Source: Octopus sinensis (taxonomy: Eukaryota). From it: a stretch of DNA of 64,000 nucleotides. Location: positions 208,134,001 through 208,198,000 of the forward strand of contig NC_042997.1 in assembly GCF_006345805.1 (NCBI RefSeq). Direction: 5' to 3'. The translations under genes and the position numbers were made by a program. Below are positions 24,162 through 37,385 of this stretch, piece after piece. A model generated the notes under the pieces. That model worked only from the letters and a program-made list of their open reading frames with translations, had not been told where the DNA came from and searched no databases. The first letter of the stretch is position 1, and the number at the start of each line of letters is the position of its first letter.

Positions 24162-24628
24162 TGTTGCAACAGGAACGTATGGGTTGAGAGTTTGACCAGC
24201 AGAGGTGATCAGGTTGCACATGCCGGCCCTTTCAAACCCACCATCATCTAACTACCCTCTTGGCCCATAGGTTTGGAACCCTTCTGGCAAGGAAAATAGA
24301 ATGCCCAAAAGGGCTCCCGATCAACTAAGCCTTAACCTAAGCTTAAGCTAACCTAGTGAAAGAGGGCTCAGGAGCCTATAAAAGGCAGCAACTAATCCTG
24401 ACCTAGTCCTAACTCCTCCCAGGGGCACTACCAGTCAAGGCTGCATCGAAGATATGCATTGGAAAAGGTTGCTTCAGAGATCTGCATTGGAGAAGGTTGC
24501 ATCGAAGGTTTGCATTGGAGATCTGCACACCGGGAACTGCAATCTGCGGAAGTTAAATGGCTTGTCTGACCCCAAGGAATAAAGATGCATCCTCGGAAAC
24601 ATTTTCCTCGCTCCCACATCCTGCAACA
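24162..24628 (+). mobile_element. Probable LTR (solo, or 5' LTR of a truncated element)
   Basis: Termini TGTTGCA...TGCAACA are perfect 7-bp inverted ends. Internal TATAAAAG and AATAAA; followed by A-TGGTGGCC. No target-site duplication. Confidence 0.55.
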
Positions 24629-25176
24629 ATGGTGGCCTTAAAAAAGGGAGGCGAAAGGGACTTGACTACCAAGCAGGTCCCGTTGCACTGTTTAGGCAGA
24701 TAAAGTGTGTACTCTTTATCCCATTTGAGTTGTTGTTTTGAGGTGTTCCACTCATTGGAAGGTAGGTTTTTTTGAGGGGTGAGGATTAAAGCAGTGATTT
24801 ATTTCTGGTATTATTATATCATAGAAGATTTTATGGCAGGAGATAAGTTTCAGCGAGGACTATCCTTTGTTTTGAGCCACAGAGTTGTCAATGATCTATC
24901 AGCTGTTCAGGTACAGCATTCGGTAAATTCCGTAAAAAAGTTTTTATTTATTTTTGAACTGGAAATGTACATTTCGTTTGATGTCAGTATAAAGTGAAAG
25001 AGAGAGAAAATGATGGGGTCATGTGTATATGTTGATGGTGGGGTGCAAGATAGAAAGTGTGTGTGTGGGAGAGAGAGAGAGAGAGAGAGTGACAGCATAT
25101 ATTTTTAAAATTTATTTTTCCTCACATCTTTTTTAAGTGAGTGATTGACTGAAAGAGAGTGTGTGTGATAGTGTAA

Positions 25177-25240
<64 letters not shown>

Positions 25241-26085
25241 AGTCAAAGACACACTGAAAAAGATGTGAGAAAAAGTAAATAAATAAAATTTACGCTCTCT
25301 CTCTCTCACACACACACACATCAACACCAACACACACCTCTTCACCATTGCAAGAAGGGGACTTAACTCATGTTAGCAACCTTACATATTTCAGTGACGT
25401 TCAAAATTGCTAAAGGTTATGGTTGAAAATTGATTTTTACCATAATCTGCAGATGCCTCGGAAAAATAAGTTGACAAAAGCACAGCCATGATTGTGACCA
25501 TTGTCCTCCTAAAATTGGAGCGACGTGCATGCTAATTTGTGGACGTGCATAAATTACATTCACATACACACACACACACACATACACACACATCCTGCCT
25601 TTTATAGATATAGATAAAGATATTGAAGTTGCAGTTCCACTATTTGAGGAAAATGGTGTATAGAAATGGTAAAAAAGTTTCCTGTAATGGTAAGTTCCAA
25701 TGTGTGTGTGTGTGGGTGTACCCTTGACTTCACATCATGTGATTGTTGTAATTGAACATCATTGTCATAAAAGCAATGTCGTTTACTGCCATTTTTCCTT
25801 GAGAAAACACACCTGGTCATGGGGAAATGTTACATTTGCATGAAAACAGGTGAGGGTTGGCAACAGGAAAGGCATTCGGCCATAGAAAACCTACATAAAC
25901 AAATTCCATCCAAATGATGCAAGTAGATGTTAAAAGATCCCCCCCCCCCTACTGCTGCAGATCAAAAGAGAAAAAAAAGTCATTAAAAAGAATTGCAATA
26001 AATTTAACTTTTTAGAGAAACTGAAAAGTCATTCACTTATTGAAAATGCCTTTTTTTGTATTGAACAATTTATAACTTCCTACTA

Positions 26086-26990
26086 AACGAGAGGGTACCC
26101 GAAAGAAACCAGAATTTGCAATATTATTTCATTTACTTAGTTTTACATGTTTACATGTTTGTCATCTTCAAAGTATTCTCTATTTCAGGCAATGCATTGG
26201 TCCAGGTGTGTTTTCCACTATTCAAAGCAGTGCTGGAATACTTGCAAAATGATGCCTTTTAACACCTCCATTGTTTTTTTTCCTTCACCTTTCCACATCT
26301 GTAAATTCCATAGCACCAGCTTTCATCACTAGTGACGATCTTTGAAAAATGGCCCAGATCATCTTCCAACTTTTCATTCAGTTCAAGACATGCATTCGGT
26401 CATGACTGCTTTTGATCTTCCATGAGCAAGTGAGGCACAAATTTTGCTATAACTCTTTTTATTTGCAATTCTTTATTCAAAATTCGTTGCCAGGAGATCC
26501 AGGACAGACCAGTCATATCAGCAAGTTTGTCAATTGTTCAGTGATGGTCCTAAAGGTTCAGTCCATGAATTTTCATAATGTTTTCATTCATTCAGAAGGT
26601 CAATGGCCATCCTGAATGAGGTTGGTCTTCAAGCAACAAGTGACAATTCCTAAAGTGTGGAAACCATTTGCATACTTGTGTTTTGCTCATGGCAGCTTCG
26701 TTGTGATATGTTTGAGACTTGGCAACTGTTTCGCCGCTTTCCCAGCAGAAAATAGAATTTTGTGGAAGCATGCTGTTTCTTTATTTCAGCCATTGCAAAA
26801 ATTGATGAACAGGGGAGAAGCACTGCATAACAGAGACGAACCATGTGGCAATACAACTTCAATCGACAATGCTGGTTGGCAGGCTGATGCCTGAGGGTCG
26901 CATCAAGTGGCTTCTAGTAGCAGAAACCTGAACTACAATGAGTTTGACATACAAAGAATGTTTCAGGTTACTTTTGGGTACCCCTTTGTA
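26086..26990 (-). mobile_element. Internally deleted mariner-type DNA transposon
   Basis: Degenerate TIRs ACGAGAGGGTACCCGAAAGAAACC / GGTTACTTTTGGGTACCCCTTTGTA. The minus strand has the transposase N-terminus remnant MAEIKKQHASTKFYFLLGK. Confidence 0.8.
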
Positions 26991-27978
26991 TGAGCAATAG
27001 TCAAGTTTGCATCGTATCAGATAAATGATCATAATTATCCCTTGTTATTTTTACAAGACAGGATTCACAGAGCGAGATAAGAGTATTTTACCAACAGCAA
27101 TAAATTATCATTATTATTGTTACTATTATTGTTGTTGTTGTGTTATTGATGATGCTATGGCTGGACCTATTTATTGAGCTCTCTGTAAGCGGGTATTAAT
27201 TGTTGTGTTTCGTGAATTTTGATCACTGTTTTGTTTGCTGAACCTTTTTTGGTGTGCAGAAGGGGTTCTTTTGTTAAAAGTTCCCCCTTTAGGGACGAAT
27301 TTTAAACGTTTGGTCCTCTTTTCTACCAAAAAAAATTGTATTTGTTCTTCATTTTCACGAAAAACAATATGGAGTCTATCATGGAGGGGAGTGTTTCTGG
27401 CTGTTGTAACAGCCAGTACACTGTTGATATTCCCTCTTCACAGCACTAGCAGGAACAGCAGTACCAACACCACCACCACCACCATTAACAACAAACACTA
27501 AGAATTCAGCACCAACTCCACCACCATGAACACAGATAACACAGAAAAGAAAAAAAAATCAATGACTACAAGCAAACCAGACAAACGTGGTTTCACATCA
27601 GCCACTGAACAAACAAAATAAAAAAATGAATTTTACTTTAGATGAGATAAAAGATGCAAAGGAGCTGTTAAGGAGAGATGGGAACAATGTCCTCCTTAAC
27701 ATCCCACAGAATTTAATAGGAGACACAAACAAAAAGACCATAACTTATAAAGTTTTGAACATAAAAAAGAAACTAGTTGAACAGGCCACTCAACAACAGT
27801 TGGAGGTCATTCTAAAGCCTATATGAAAACAAAAGACCTATGTGACATAAGGAAGATACTTCGGCACCATGGAAATGCAATTTGCAACAGAAGAAGAAGC
27901 AAAACAGCATTCCACAGGTCAGGGGTTGGAGCTCCTTGTTCAAACTGAACAAGAGGCCTTAAATTCAATCCCTCCCCA

Positions 27979-28217
27979 TGCTGGTGTTGGCTAAAGGGTT
28001 AGTTGCCAAAGCTTTTTTTCTTTAGGGCAGGAGAACCTGGGGTGGCCTTGGTCACCACAGAAATAGCATGTAGGCCTTCTACCCTCCACAGCCACATGTA
28101 GTCTGAATCTGAGGGTAGAAGGCCTAGGTGCTATTTCTGTGGTGACCAAGGCCACCCCAGGTTCTCCTGCCTAAAGAAAAAAAGCTTAGGTGACTAGCCC
28201 TTTTGCCAACACCAGCA
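27979..28217. repeat. ~108-bp inverted duplication with a 24-nt spacer inside Tx1 ORF1
   Basis: 27979-28086 is the reverse complement of 28111-28217 with few mismatches. Confidence 0.93.
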
Positions 28218-28541
28218 CCGGGGAACCTCCAGTATAGCAGCAGCAGCACCAACAGCAGATACAATGGCAGCAGGAACCAGTGGTCACAACATCATCAACA
28301 CCATCACCATCACCAACACCAACACTGCCTGCAGTCGTTGCCAAGGCACCACCAATACCAAAAACAAAGATACCAGCCAAGAAGCAGCAGCAAATGAACC
28401 CCAACAAAACCAAAACCCAGAGAAAATCCCCCTTCCCGACCCAAACATCTCAGAATGTTTCAGTACTGAAGTTGAGAGAGAGGAGTGGCACACAGTCCAC
28501 ACCCACCACTCCAAGAAGAGAAAGAAAAAGACTAAAGAGAT

Positions 28542-28910
28542 CATCATCATCATCATCATCGTTTAGCGTCTGCTTTCCATGCTGGCATGGGTTGGATGGT
28601 TCAACTGGAGTCTGGGAAGCCAGAAGGCTGCACCAGGCTCCAGTCTGATCTGGCAGTGTTTCTACAGCTGGATGCCCTTCCTAACGCCAACCACTCCGTG
28701 AGTGTAGTGGGTGCTTTTTACGTGCCAGACGAGTCTGGCAAACGGCCACGATCGGATGGTGCTTTTTATGTGCCACCGGCACAGGGGCCAGGCGAGGCTG
28801 GCAACAGCCACGATCGGATGGTGCTTTTTACGTGCCACCAGCATGGGGGCCAGGTGAGGCTGGCAACGGCCACGAATGGATGGTGCTTTTTACGTGCCAC
28901 CGGCACGGGT
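28542..28910 (-). mobile_element. RTE 3'-UTR copy with expanded internal subrepeats, inserted in Tx1 ORF1
   Basis: (CAT)n tail; three units of GGC(A)A(A)C(G/A)GCCACGA..GGATGGTGCTTTTTA(C/T)GTGCCACC. Confidence 0.85.
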
Positions 28911-31900
28911 AGAAGAAAAAAGGGGGAGGTGCAAAGAAGAGGAACTTCCCAACAGCAGTATCATACACACACACAACAACCACCAACAACATCACCACCA
29001 CCTCCACCAGTACTACCACCTCAAACACTAACACAATGTACAGCATAAACAGACTCCACAAATACCACCAGCCTCACAGCCATCAACACAGATGATATAT
29101 ACCCAATAACATATCTATACAACTATGCAGACACCACACTAGCAGACTTTGTCTGCCCAACACACAATGCACCACCATCACTCATGCAAATTGTAAAACT
29201 CACCCAAAACACATACACCAAATTGAAATGAAACTTCTCAAATGTTGTTGGGGCTTTCCAAAAGACCCTTACAAGAAGACTTTTTAAAAATTTTGTAGAA
29301 GCCCCCACACCAAAGACTAAGGAGGCCACCCTACCAGACAACAGTGGTTAGTAGAGCTTTTCTCCAACCTAAATATTTATTTTTAGCAGGATAGATTGTA
29401 TAAATCTCAGGGGCCTCGTGTTACCTTGGAAACAAGATCACCTTTTAAATGATCTGAAGTCCCTTAGTGTAGACGTAGTAGCCATTAGTGAATCCAGACT
29501 ATCCGACTTGTGGGGACCCATCAGCCTTTCTGGTGGATACAAGGTTTTTCTATCTCCATGTCGGCCAGGAGGGGGAAGTGGTGGTACAGTGGTACTTTTC
29601 CAGAAAGGTCTAGATCTGAAAATAAAGACAGACTTCCTGGATCCAGAAGGTAAGTTGGTGGGCGTAGATGTGAACAGCAGTGACAGCAGTACCTTCAGAC
29701 TGGTGGCCGTCTATGCTCCGACAGGGGCAGGGCGGTCTGATTACTTCAAGCATCTGGACGTCCAGGGCAAGTCGCAGACTTTAGTATTAGTAGGGGATTG
29801 GAATGCTGTCTTAGATGGACGTTTTGCTTGCATGGGTCTATCTGATAGGAGAGGTGTGTGCAAAAGCCTCAAAAACCTGCTCACATGTTTTCAGTTTTCT
29901 GACAGGTACCGACTGGATTACCTGAATGTGCCAATGTGAACTTGGGCAAATCACATCAGGTCATCTAGATCATATCTAGATAGAGTATTCAGTAGGCCAG
30001 TAGATAAGGATAGTATAGTTTGTCCACAATTTCACTTGGTTACACAGACCACAAACTCGTGATCTGTATGGTTGACCTAGATAGGCTTTGTAGACAGGGT
30101 CACGGTTACTGGAAGCTAAACATCATTACCAGCATGTCAAGCTTACAGAGACTAGATTAGCATTTTAGTTAAGAGGGCGTTGATGGGCAAAAGTTTCAAC
30201 AACAACTGGTAGTTTGCTCTTAAAAGGGCAATTAGAGTAGAATCAATTGGGTTTAGCAAGGCTTTAGCAGTATAGAGAAATAAAATAGAGGGAGATTTAG
30301 TTAGAGAGTTAGATGAGGCACTTAAGACAGGCATCTCAACAGACATGTTGGCAGTGATGTTGGCCCTCGACCAATTTTTTGATGCCAAACATGAAGGCTG
30401 CATTATCAGAGCTAAGGCACATTCACTAAGTGGGGAGGAGACGAAAGCCACCCAAGATGCCTGAGTGACAGAGACAAAACATGGCAACAAAGCAACCATT
30501 CAGTTATTGGTGGACCAGAATGGGCACGAGGTGTTCAAACTGAAGCAGATGAATGTGGATTTCAGCAGCGTTTTGTTCAACTGTTCGGGATGAATAGTAG
30601 GACAGATAACAAGGTAGACCTCGGTGTCTACCTGGACAGCCTGCTGCAACTCTTGGCAAGCAAGGCAGAGTACTGCAAAAGGCCAATAACAACTACAGAG
30701 ATATAGGAAGTGATGAAGAACTGCATTAGAGGTAGATCACCAGGTTTGGATGGTCTGTCTACGAGTTTTATATTTCGATACCAGACTTGTTTACAGGCCT
30801 CTTAGCAGACGTCTACTGCAACTGGCAGCATAATGGGAGAATTCCTACTTGTCTGTCGAGGGGCAGTGGAACTGTGGAGAAAGGACTCAAACAAAGGGGA
30901 CACTATAGAAAATTTCAGGACTATCACTCTGCTCAATGCAGAGTTGAAGATTTTGGTCAAGGTGTTAGCCAAGCTGGTTCACACTTGTCGTGGACAAGCT
31001 AGTTGGCAAGATGCAAACATGTGCCATCCCAACCAGGACCATTCCCGACAACCTGCACCTAATGTGCTACATGATAGAGAGAGTGAGTAATGAAGCTAGC
31101 ATGGGTGGGGCTCTGATCAAATAAGATCAATATAAAGCCTTGAATAGGGTTGACCATCAATACTTAGCAGCTGTCCTCAAGGCAACCGGGTTCGGTCTGA
31201 TTTTCCATGATTGGACCAATCACTGCTTTGTACAGAACATCTACTCAGTTGTTCAGGTGAATGGTTACCTGTCAGAGCCATTCAGTATCTTGCACTTGGT
31301 CTGTCAAAGGTGCCTTCTCTCCCCACTTCTCTATGTACTGACTCTGGAGCCACTATTGCAGAAGTTGGAGACTTTGAGAGGCGTCCCATGTAATCTAGGA
31401 TGTGGGAGAAATGCGTCTGCTTATCCTGACGATGTCGCCATCATAGCATTGAGCCACAGGCATGTAGACCTGATTGGTGACACACTAGAAGAATATGAAA
31501 CAGTGACAGAAGCAAAAATTAAAGTCAGTGGGCTTACAATGCATTATGATGTCCAACAGTGTTGTGGGTCACTGAACAGACAGCCCGGTTAAATTGCTTG
31601 GGGTCTGATTTGGTCCAGACCTCCAGGTGGAGAAAAACTGGGATGAGGTGACAAGGGTAGCCAATCTCACCCAGAAATGGACTGAGACGAAGCTGTCCCT
31701 GAAAGGTCAAGCCAAGGTGGCAAAAGCATACATCGCATCTGTCATCTATTACCACTTGACCATTGTCCTTTGCCCTATTTGCTTGTTGACCCAGCTGGTG
31801 CACTTGCTCTTCTGCTTTCTGTAGAAGGGGCGCATTCTACTGGTCAGGCACTCCATCTGCTGTCAACAGCTGCTAAATGGAGGGCTGGGCATGCTGTGGT

Positions 31901-32924
31901 TGCTGATGCAGAGACATGTACTCAGGCTCCTTGATGGTGAGCAGGTGTAGTTGCCATTTATAAGACTCACTTTTCCATGGCTCCTCTCTTTGACTGAGAT
32001 GCAAATCAGGATTAGGCATAGACCAAGAAGAGGCGCTTGGCACTTCAAGAGCCATCAAGTACTCACAGCTCTCCACCAGGTGGGCAATGCAGTCGGTAGT
32101 AATTCCACACTAGTGTTCTATAGAGGGCTAGTGCAACTATATTCTTGGAAAAACTGTAGGTGTTAACAAGGATCAACTAACTGGTCCATTCCGGAGAGCT
32201 TTCGAGCCTGGGCCTATGAATAACTTCCAGAAATCCTTTGCCTAGCAGTGCTACCAAGGGACACTTCCTGTTCAGGATAAACTCTACAAGCACAGAAGTG
32301 CCATCAGCTGGGCCTGATGAGGTACATGCACAATGATGAAACGGTTTTGCACACCCTTGTCCAGTGCCCATGTATTGCTGACCTGTGGGTTTATGTCAAA
32401 CACCTGCTATTGCATGTGACACGGATCCAGCCATCAGCTGAATCCATAGTGAAGATTGCCCCGCCAACTGGCAGGCAGTTTTTATTTGTCTTGTGGCTGT
32501 AGCAAAAGAGGTAACATGATGTACTTGTCTGAAAGGGCTAAAGTCAGACACTTTCCACTTTGGCCAAGCCCTCATAAACTTCTTCAAGTTTCACTTGAAG
32601 AGGAAAGTGAGGGTGGAGAGAGAAGTGTTGCCTTCTAGCAAGTTTGTTGTAAGGTGGGTGAATGTTGGAAGAATGGCCAGTGTGAAAGGACTAATTCTGA
32701 GTATACACCTGTGAAAAAATTAAAGGCACTTGTGGCTTTTGTGAGTTTTTCCACAAGGACCTTTAAAGCACCTCCCCTTTTGGAAGTTTTCTTTAGTTTA
32801 ACTTTTTAATGTTATATATATTGTTTACACAATGAAAACCTTTTGTCTCGTCTTGTATTGTCTTTTATGTTCTGTCATGTCATTTTATGTTGTTTTATGT
32901 AAGCCCTTGTGGCTAATAAAAGAA

Positions 32925-33190
32925 TGCATCATCATCATCATCATCCTTGTTTTCACATCCATTATTCCTTGCTTGCATGGGTCAGATTAGTTTATTGAGG
33001 CAGACTTTCTATAGCTGGATGCTCTTCCTGATGCTGACCCTCACCTGTTTCCAAGCAAGGTAATATTTCCCCCTGGCCAGACATGGTTTCCACAGAAGAC
33101 AGGAAACAAACAACCTCACTTGTATGCTGGGGATGCTCGTTTACAGCCATCACATGATGTCAAGACAAGAGTACAAACACACACAGTACA
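32925..33190 (-). mobile_element. Second RTE-type tail family copy (related copies at about 25680-25940 + and 36385-36610 -)
   Basis: (CAT)n, GGATGCTCTTCCTGATGCTGACCCTCACC and AAGGTAATATTTCCCC..GGCCAGACATG shared between copies. Confidence 0.65.
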
Positions 33191-33194
33191 AATA

Positions 33195-33360
33195 TGAGGG
33201 TCCCTTGTATCAGTTTCCATCTCCCAAACCAGTTGATAAGGCTTTGGTTGGCTCAGGGCCATACTAGAAGATATTTTCTTGAGTTGCTTTACATTGGGAA
33301 TCAACATGGTTAGAAATGAATCTTTTTAACCACAAATCCATGGCTGTGCCCATAAACCAA
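33195..33360 (-). mobile_element. Degenerate tRNA-derived SINE
   Basis: CAGTTTCCATCTCCCAAACC..AAGGCTTTGGTTGG..ATACTAGAAGA matches copies at 43460-43540 and 51105-51250. Confidence 0.6.
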
Positions 33361-33471
33361 TAATAGGAATCAGATAAAAGTTGACTGAAGGAGGAGGAAA
33401 AAATCTTAATTAACACCTGAAATAAATCATTTAAATTTTCACTAAAATATCAAACAAATAACAAGTCCTAC

Positions 33472-33651
33472 CTCTTCTTTTACTGATTCCAAACACTGTT
33501 TCTAGATGATGCCTAAAAGCTCTGATTACTTCCTTCCGTACGTCAATCAAACAAATATGTTTTATTTTAGAATTTGAGTGAGTATCAAGATATTCCTTTA
33601 TAGCTGTTACTGTACATTTGGTTCCTTCTTCTATGGGTATACCAAAAATAC
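33472..33651 (-). CDS. PARP14-like gene, exon encoding the macro domain C-terminus (180 nt, phase 1-1)
   Basis: Acceptor ttataacag|GTATTTTTGG. Reads (G)IFGIPIEEGTKCTVTAIKEYL...IKHICLID, completing AISTG|IFG. Donor AGAG|gtagga; an alternative in-frame donor ATCA|gtaaaa exists. Confidence 0.85.
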
Positions 33652-33979
33652 CTGTTATAAATAAAATATACAACATATTTAATCCAACAAATGTTCTTAC
33701 TCAAAATATATATAATTAACCTTTGATATTATTGCAGTAATTTATCAGCTGCAATACCAAGAAACAATACAATTCCATCATTTAGAAGAAGATTCTTTAA
33801 TGGACAGGGGGGAACTTTCTAGGTGCAATACCATGGCCATTGATGACCGGGAAGTGGGGTCTTTACCCCCATTAATATACAATGGTATTTAATAAGAACT
33901 AACTTTGTTTCTCTCTTGTTGAACACATTTCTTTTCTTTGTTGTTTGTTCAGTTAAATAATAATAATAATAATAATAAT

Positions 33980-36352
33980 GGAAGAAGTTGGAAGAAGTTC
34001 AAAACTTTTGGAAAAGGATTTGGAGTGACAAGAAGACGTACAACATAAATGCAGACTGGATTATACAAACTGAAGGATCCTACCAAAATTTACAACAACA
34101 AGCATGGGAAGACATCACAATAGCAGACCTAAGAAAGGCACTCACAAAGGCCCATAATTGGAAATCCCCCGGTAAAGATAGGGTGCCGAATTTCTGGCTC
34201 GCATCGCTCCCATGCGCACACGGTAAGCTAGTTCAGCTGCTCAATGGAATTATGAGAGACCCAAAGAAAACACCTGAATGGTTAGCAAGTGGTATTACTT
34301 ACCTACTCCCAAAGAATAACGAAACCAACCTCTCAAAAAACTACCGGCCTATAACTTGTCTATCCACCACGTATAAAGTCCTAACATCTATCCTGGCGGA
34401 GAAAACATATGCATTCATGGAGAAGAACGATATTTTCCCCATTGAACAAAAAGGGTGCCGCCGAGGCTCTTACGGATGCAAAGATCAACTGCTAATTAAT
34501 CGTATGATCCTTGAGAACTGTCACAACAAGCACAGAAATCTCAGCTCCGCATGGATTGACTATAAAAAGGCCTTCGACAGTATACCGCATCCATGGATCT
34601 TGAGATCGCTGGACATCTTCAAAATTTCCCCTGTGATTTCAAACTTCCTGAAGCACAATATGTCGTTGTGGAATACGAATCTCCAATTATACCACTCTAT
34701 TGGAGTACTTGCCTCAGAAAATATAAACATCAACTGTGGAATTTTTCAAGGTGACTCACATTCACCTTTAATATTCTGCATAGCCCTAATACCCCTTACA
34801 AGTGAATTAAACAGAACAGGGTATGGGTATAAAATTGCCAATAAAAAAATAAGCCATCTATTTTATATGGATGACTTAAAACTCTATGGTAAAGACAATA
34901 ATGAACTTGAAGGCCTATTGCGCACTGTGAAAGCATCAGCGATGACATCGGGATGGAGTTTGGACTTGAGAAGTGTGCCAAGGCCACTTTCCAGAAAGGG
35001 AAAGTGAAGACCACAAATTCAGTCGTGTTAGATGTTGACACAGTCATAAGAGAGCTTGAGCAAGAACAAACATACAAATATTTAGGGATAAATGAAGGCT
35101 CTGGTATTCAGCATGCAAGCATGAAAGAGAAGATCAGGAAGGAATGTTATAGGAGAGTTCGTGCAGTCCTGAAATCTGAACTAAATGCACGTAACAAGGT
35201 GTTAGTTATAAATTCCTTAGCAGTTCCAGTTGTTACTTATAGCTACAATGTATTGAACTGGAATATGAGTGAAGTAAAGAATATAGATAGGAAAATACGC
35301 AAGCTGCTGAGTTGTAATAGGATGCACCACCCAAAGGCAGACGTAGATCGCCTTTACCTTCCCAGAGCCCAAGGAGGTCGAGGCCTGATCCAATTTGAAC
35401 TAGCTTACAAAACAACCACAATTGGACTGGCCAAATATCTCAAAATAACGAATGACTGGATGCTAAAGCTCGTGGAATATCACGAGAGACGAAAGAAGCT
35501 TTATTCTATCATAAAGGAAAGCAAAAAATTTGCTATTGATCTCGTGCAGGATACCCAAACTGAACAACCCGAGGGAAGTACGGCAACTATTGTTGCAAAG
35601 AAGGTAAAAATAATGGCAACGAAAAAAGCGCACGAGCAATTGGCTGATAGGTGGGAGGAGAAAACTCTGCACGGCAAATATGTGGCCCGCAGCAAACAAG
35701 CTGATGTTGACCAGAAGCAAACCCATCAGTGGCTACGGAGCTCAGGGCTAAAAGCAGAGAGCGAAGGTTTCATCCTGGCTGCTCAAGATCAAAGCCTATT
35801 AACCCGGAACTACCAGGCCAATGTGATGAAAAATGGAGCAGACCCAAAATGCCAATTCTGCAATGACATGATTGAAACAGTGGACCACCTAATCTCTGGA
35901 TGTAAAGTCTTAGCACCAGTGGAGTATAAATTAAGACATGACAGAGTTGGCCAATATCTACACTGGCTAATAAGTCGGCATTACAATATCAAAACTGCCA
36001 ACAAGTGGTATAATCACCACCCTGAGGCTGTAACTGAAGGAGAAAATGTAACCATTCTGTGGGACTTTCCAGTACATACAGACCGAACCATCAAGGCCAA
36101 TAAGCCAGATGTTGTGAAAGAAGTGCAAAAGATTGTCTTAACTGGTACATCACACGTATTGAGAAGAGCATTGTCGATGTGAGAACTGTTGCTGCTCATG
36201 TATTTTAATTTAACTAAGAAAAAAAAAAATGAACGAACTATTGAGTTTGGTTTAATGGCCTACCAATGCATACTATGAGTTTCTTTGCCCTAGGAGTCGG
36301 GAAGACACTCGGCAACAAATGGAAGCAAATTTGAAAGAAGAAAAAAAAAAAA
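33980..36352 (+). mobile_element. Young 5'-truncated R4/Dong-like RLE LINE inserted in (TAA)n
   Basis: RT: SPGKD, NYRPITCL, EQKGC, DYKKAFDS, GIFQGD, YMDDLKL. Then CQFC..ETVDHLISGC, RHDRV and NKPD. One frameshift near 34935. (TAA)n on both sides. Confidence 0.9.
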
Positions 36353-36648
36353 TAATAATAATAATAATAATAATAATAATCTTTTTAATGTCTCCTTTTC
36401 CATGCTTCAGGTGGAATTGGTTGAGGCAAATCTTCTATGTCTAAGTGACATTCCCGTCACCCAACACCACACCAAGGAAGTTAATATTGCCCCATGGCCA
36501 GACATGTTTTCATTGTAGACTGGAAATGGATGACACTGCTTGTATGATGGTGATCCTTGTTTACAAATATCATGTGATTAAAAGACAAACAGATACTAAC
36601 ACAGTCACACATACACAAATTTGCATGTATATGTACATACAAACATAT

Positions 36649-36697
<49 letters not shown>

Positions 36698-37084
36698 TAT
36701 ACATACATATACATATATGTATGTATGTATATATTGATTTTATTCTGAGATAGGATAAAATTTTTTCAAAAAGAATTCCATCAAGTGTCCAGCATATTAA
36801 AGTACTTTTAAGGTGAAAATTATAAACAATTACAAATAATGGCATAAGGAAAATCATTCTATGCCAATAGGCTAAGAAATAGACTTTAAATCATCAATCA
36901 CCACATACAATATACATCACTATAAAATAAACATTGTGCTGAATTGATTCAGCACAATGTGTATTTTATATGCATGTGTGTGTGTGTGTGTGGTGATTGA
37001 TGATTTAAATCTATTTGCATATTGGCTTAGAATTTTTTCCTTATGCCCTTATAATTGTTTATATATATATATATCATCATCATC

Positions 37085-37118
<34 letters not shown>

Positions 37119-37169
37119 GTGTGCATGTATATATATATATATATATATGTATACACGTGTACATGCCAC

Positions 37170-37385
37170 TTTAAAAGCACTAGCGCTGGTGCCACATGAA
37201 AAGCCCCCAATATACTTTGCGGAGTGGTGGCCATTAGGAAGGGCATAAAGTCATAGAAAGCAAACCAAAAGAGACAATGGAGCCTGGTGCAGCCCCTGGC
37301 CTTACCAGTTTTCAGTCAAACTATCCAACCCATGCCAGCATAGAAAATGGGTTTTAAATAATGATGATGATGATGATAATGATGA
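37170..37385 (+). mobile_element. RTE 3'-UTR copy
   Basis: GAGTGGTGGCCATTAGGAAGGGCAT...CCAACCCATGCCAGCAT followed by (GAT)n. Confidence 0.75.

Larger units (their letters stand above)
27250..32905 (+). mobile_element. Near full-length degenerate Tx1/L1-clade LINE (ORF1 with CCHC knuckle; APE + RT)
   Basis: APE: VDVVAISESRL, AVYAP, LVGDWNAVLD, YLDRV. RT: NFRTITLLNAELKILVKVLA, RVDHQYL, LSPLLYVLTLEPLL, YPDDV. AATAAA near 32895. Confidence 0.88.

Noticed and set aside
28587-29048. Recurrent ORFs with LDALPNANHS at many loci as a gene family
   Set aside because: Antisense translations of the RTE 3'-UTR repeat.
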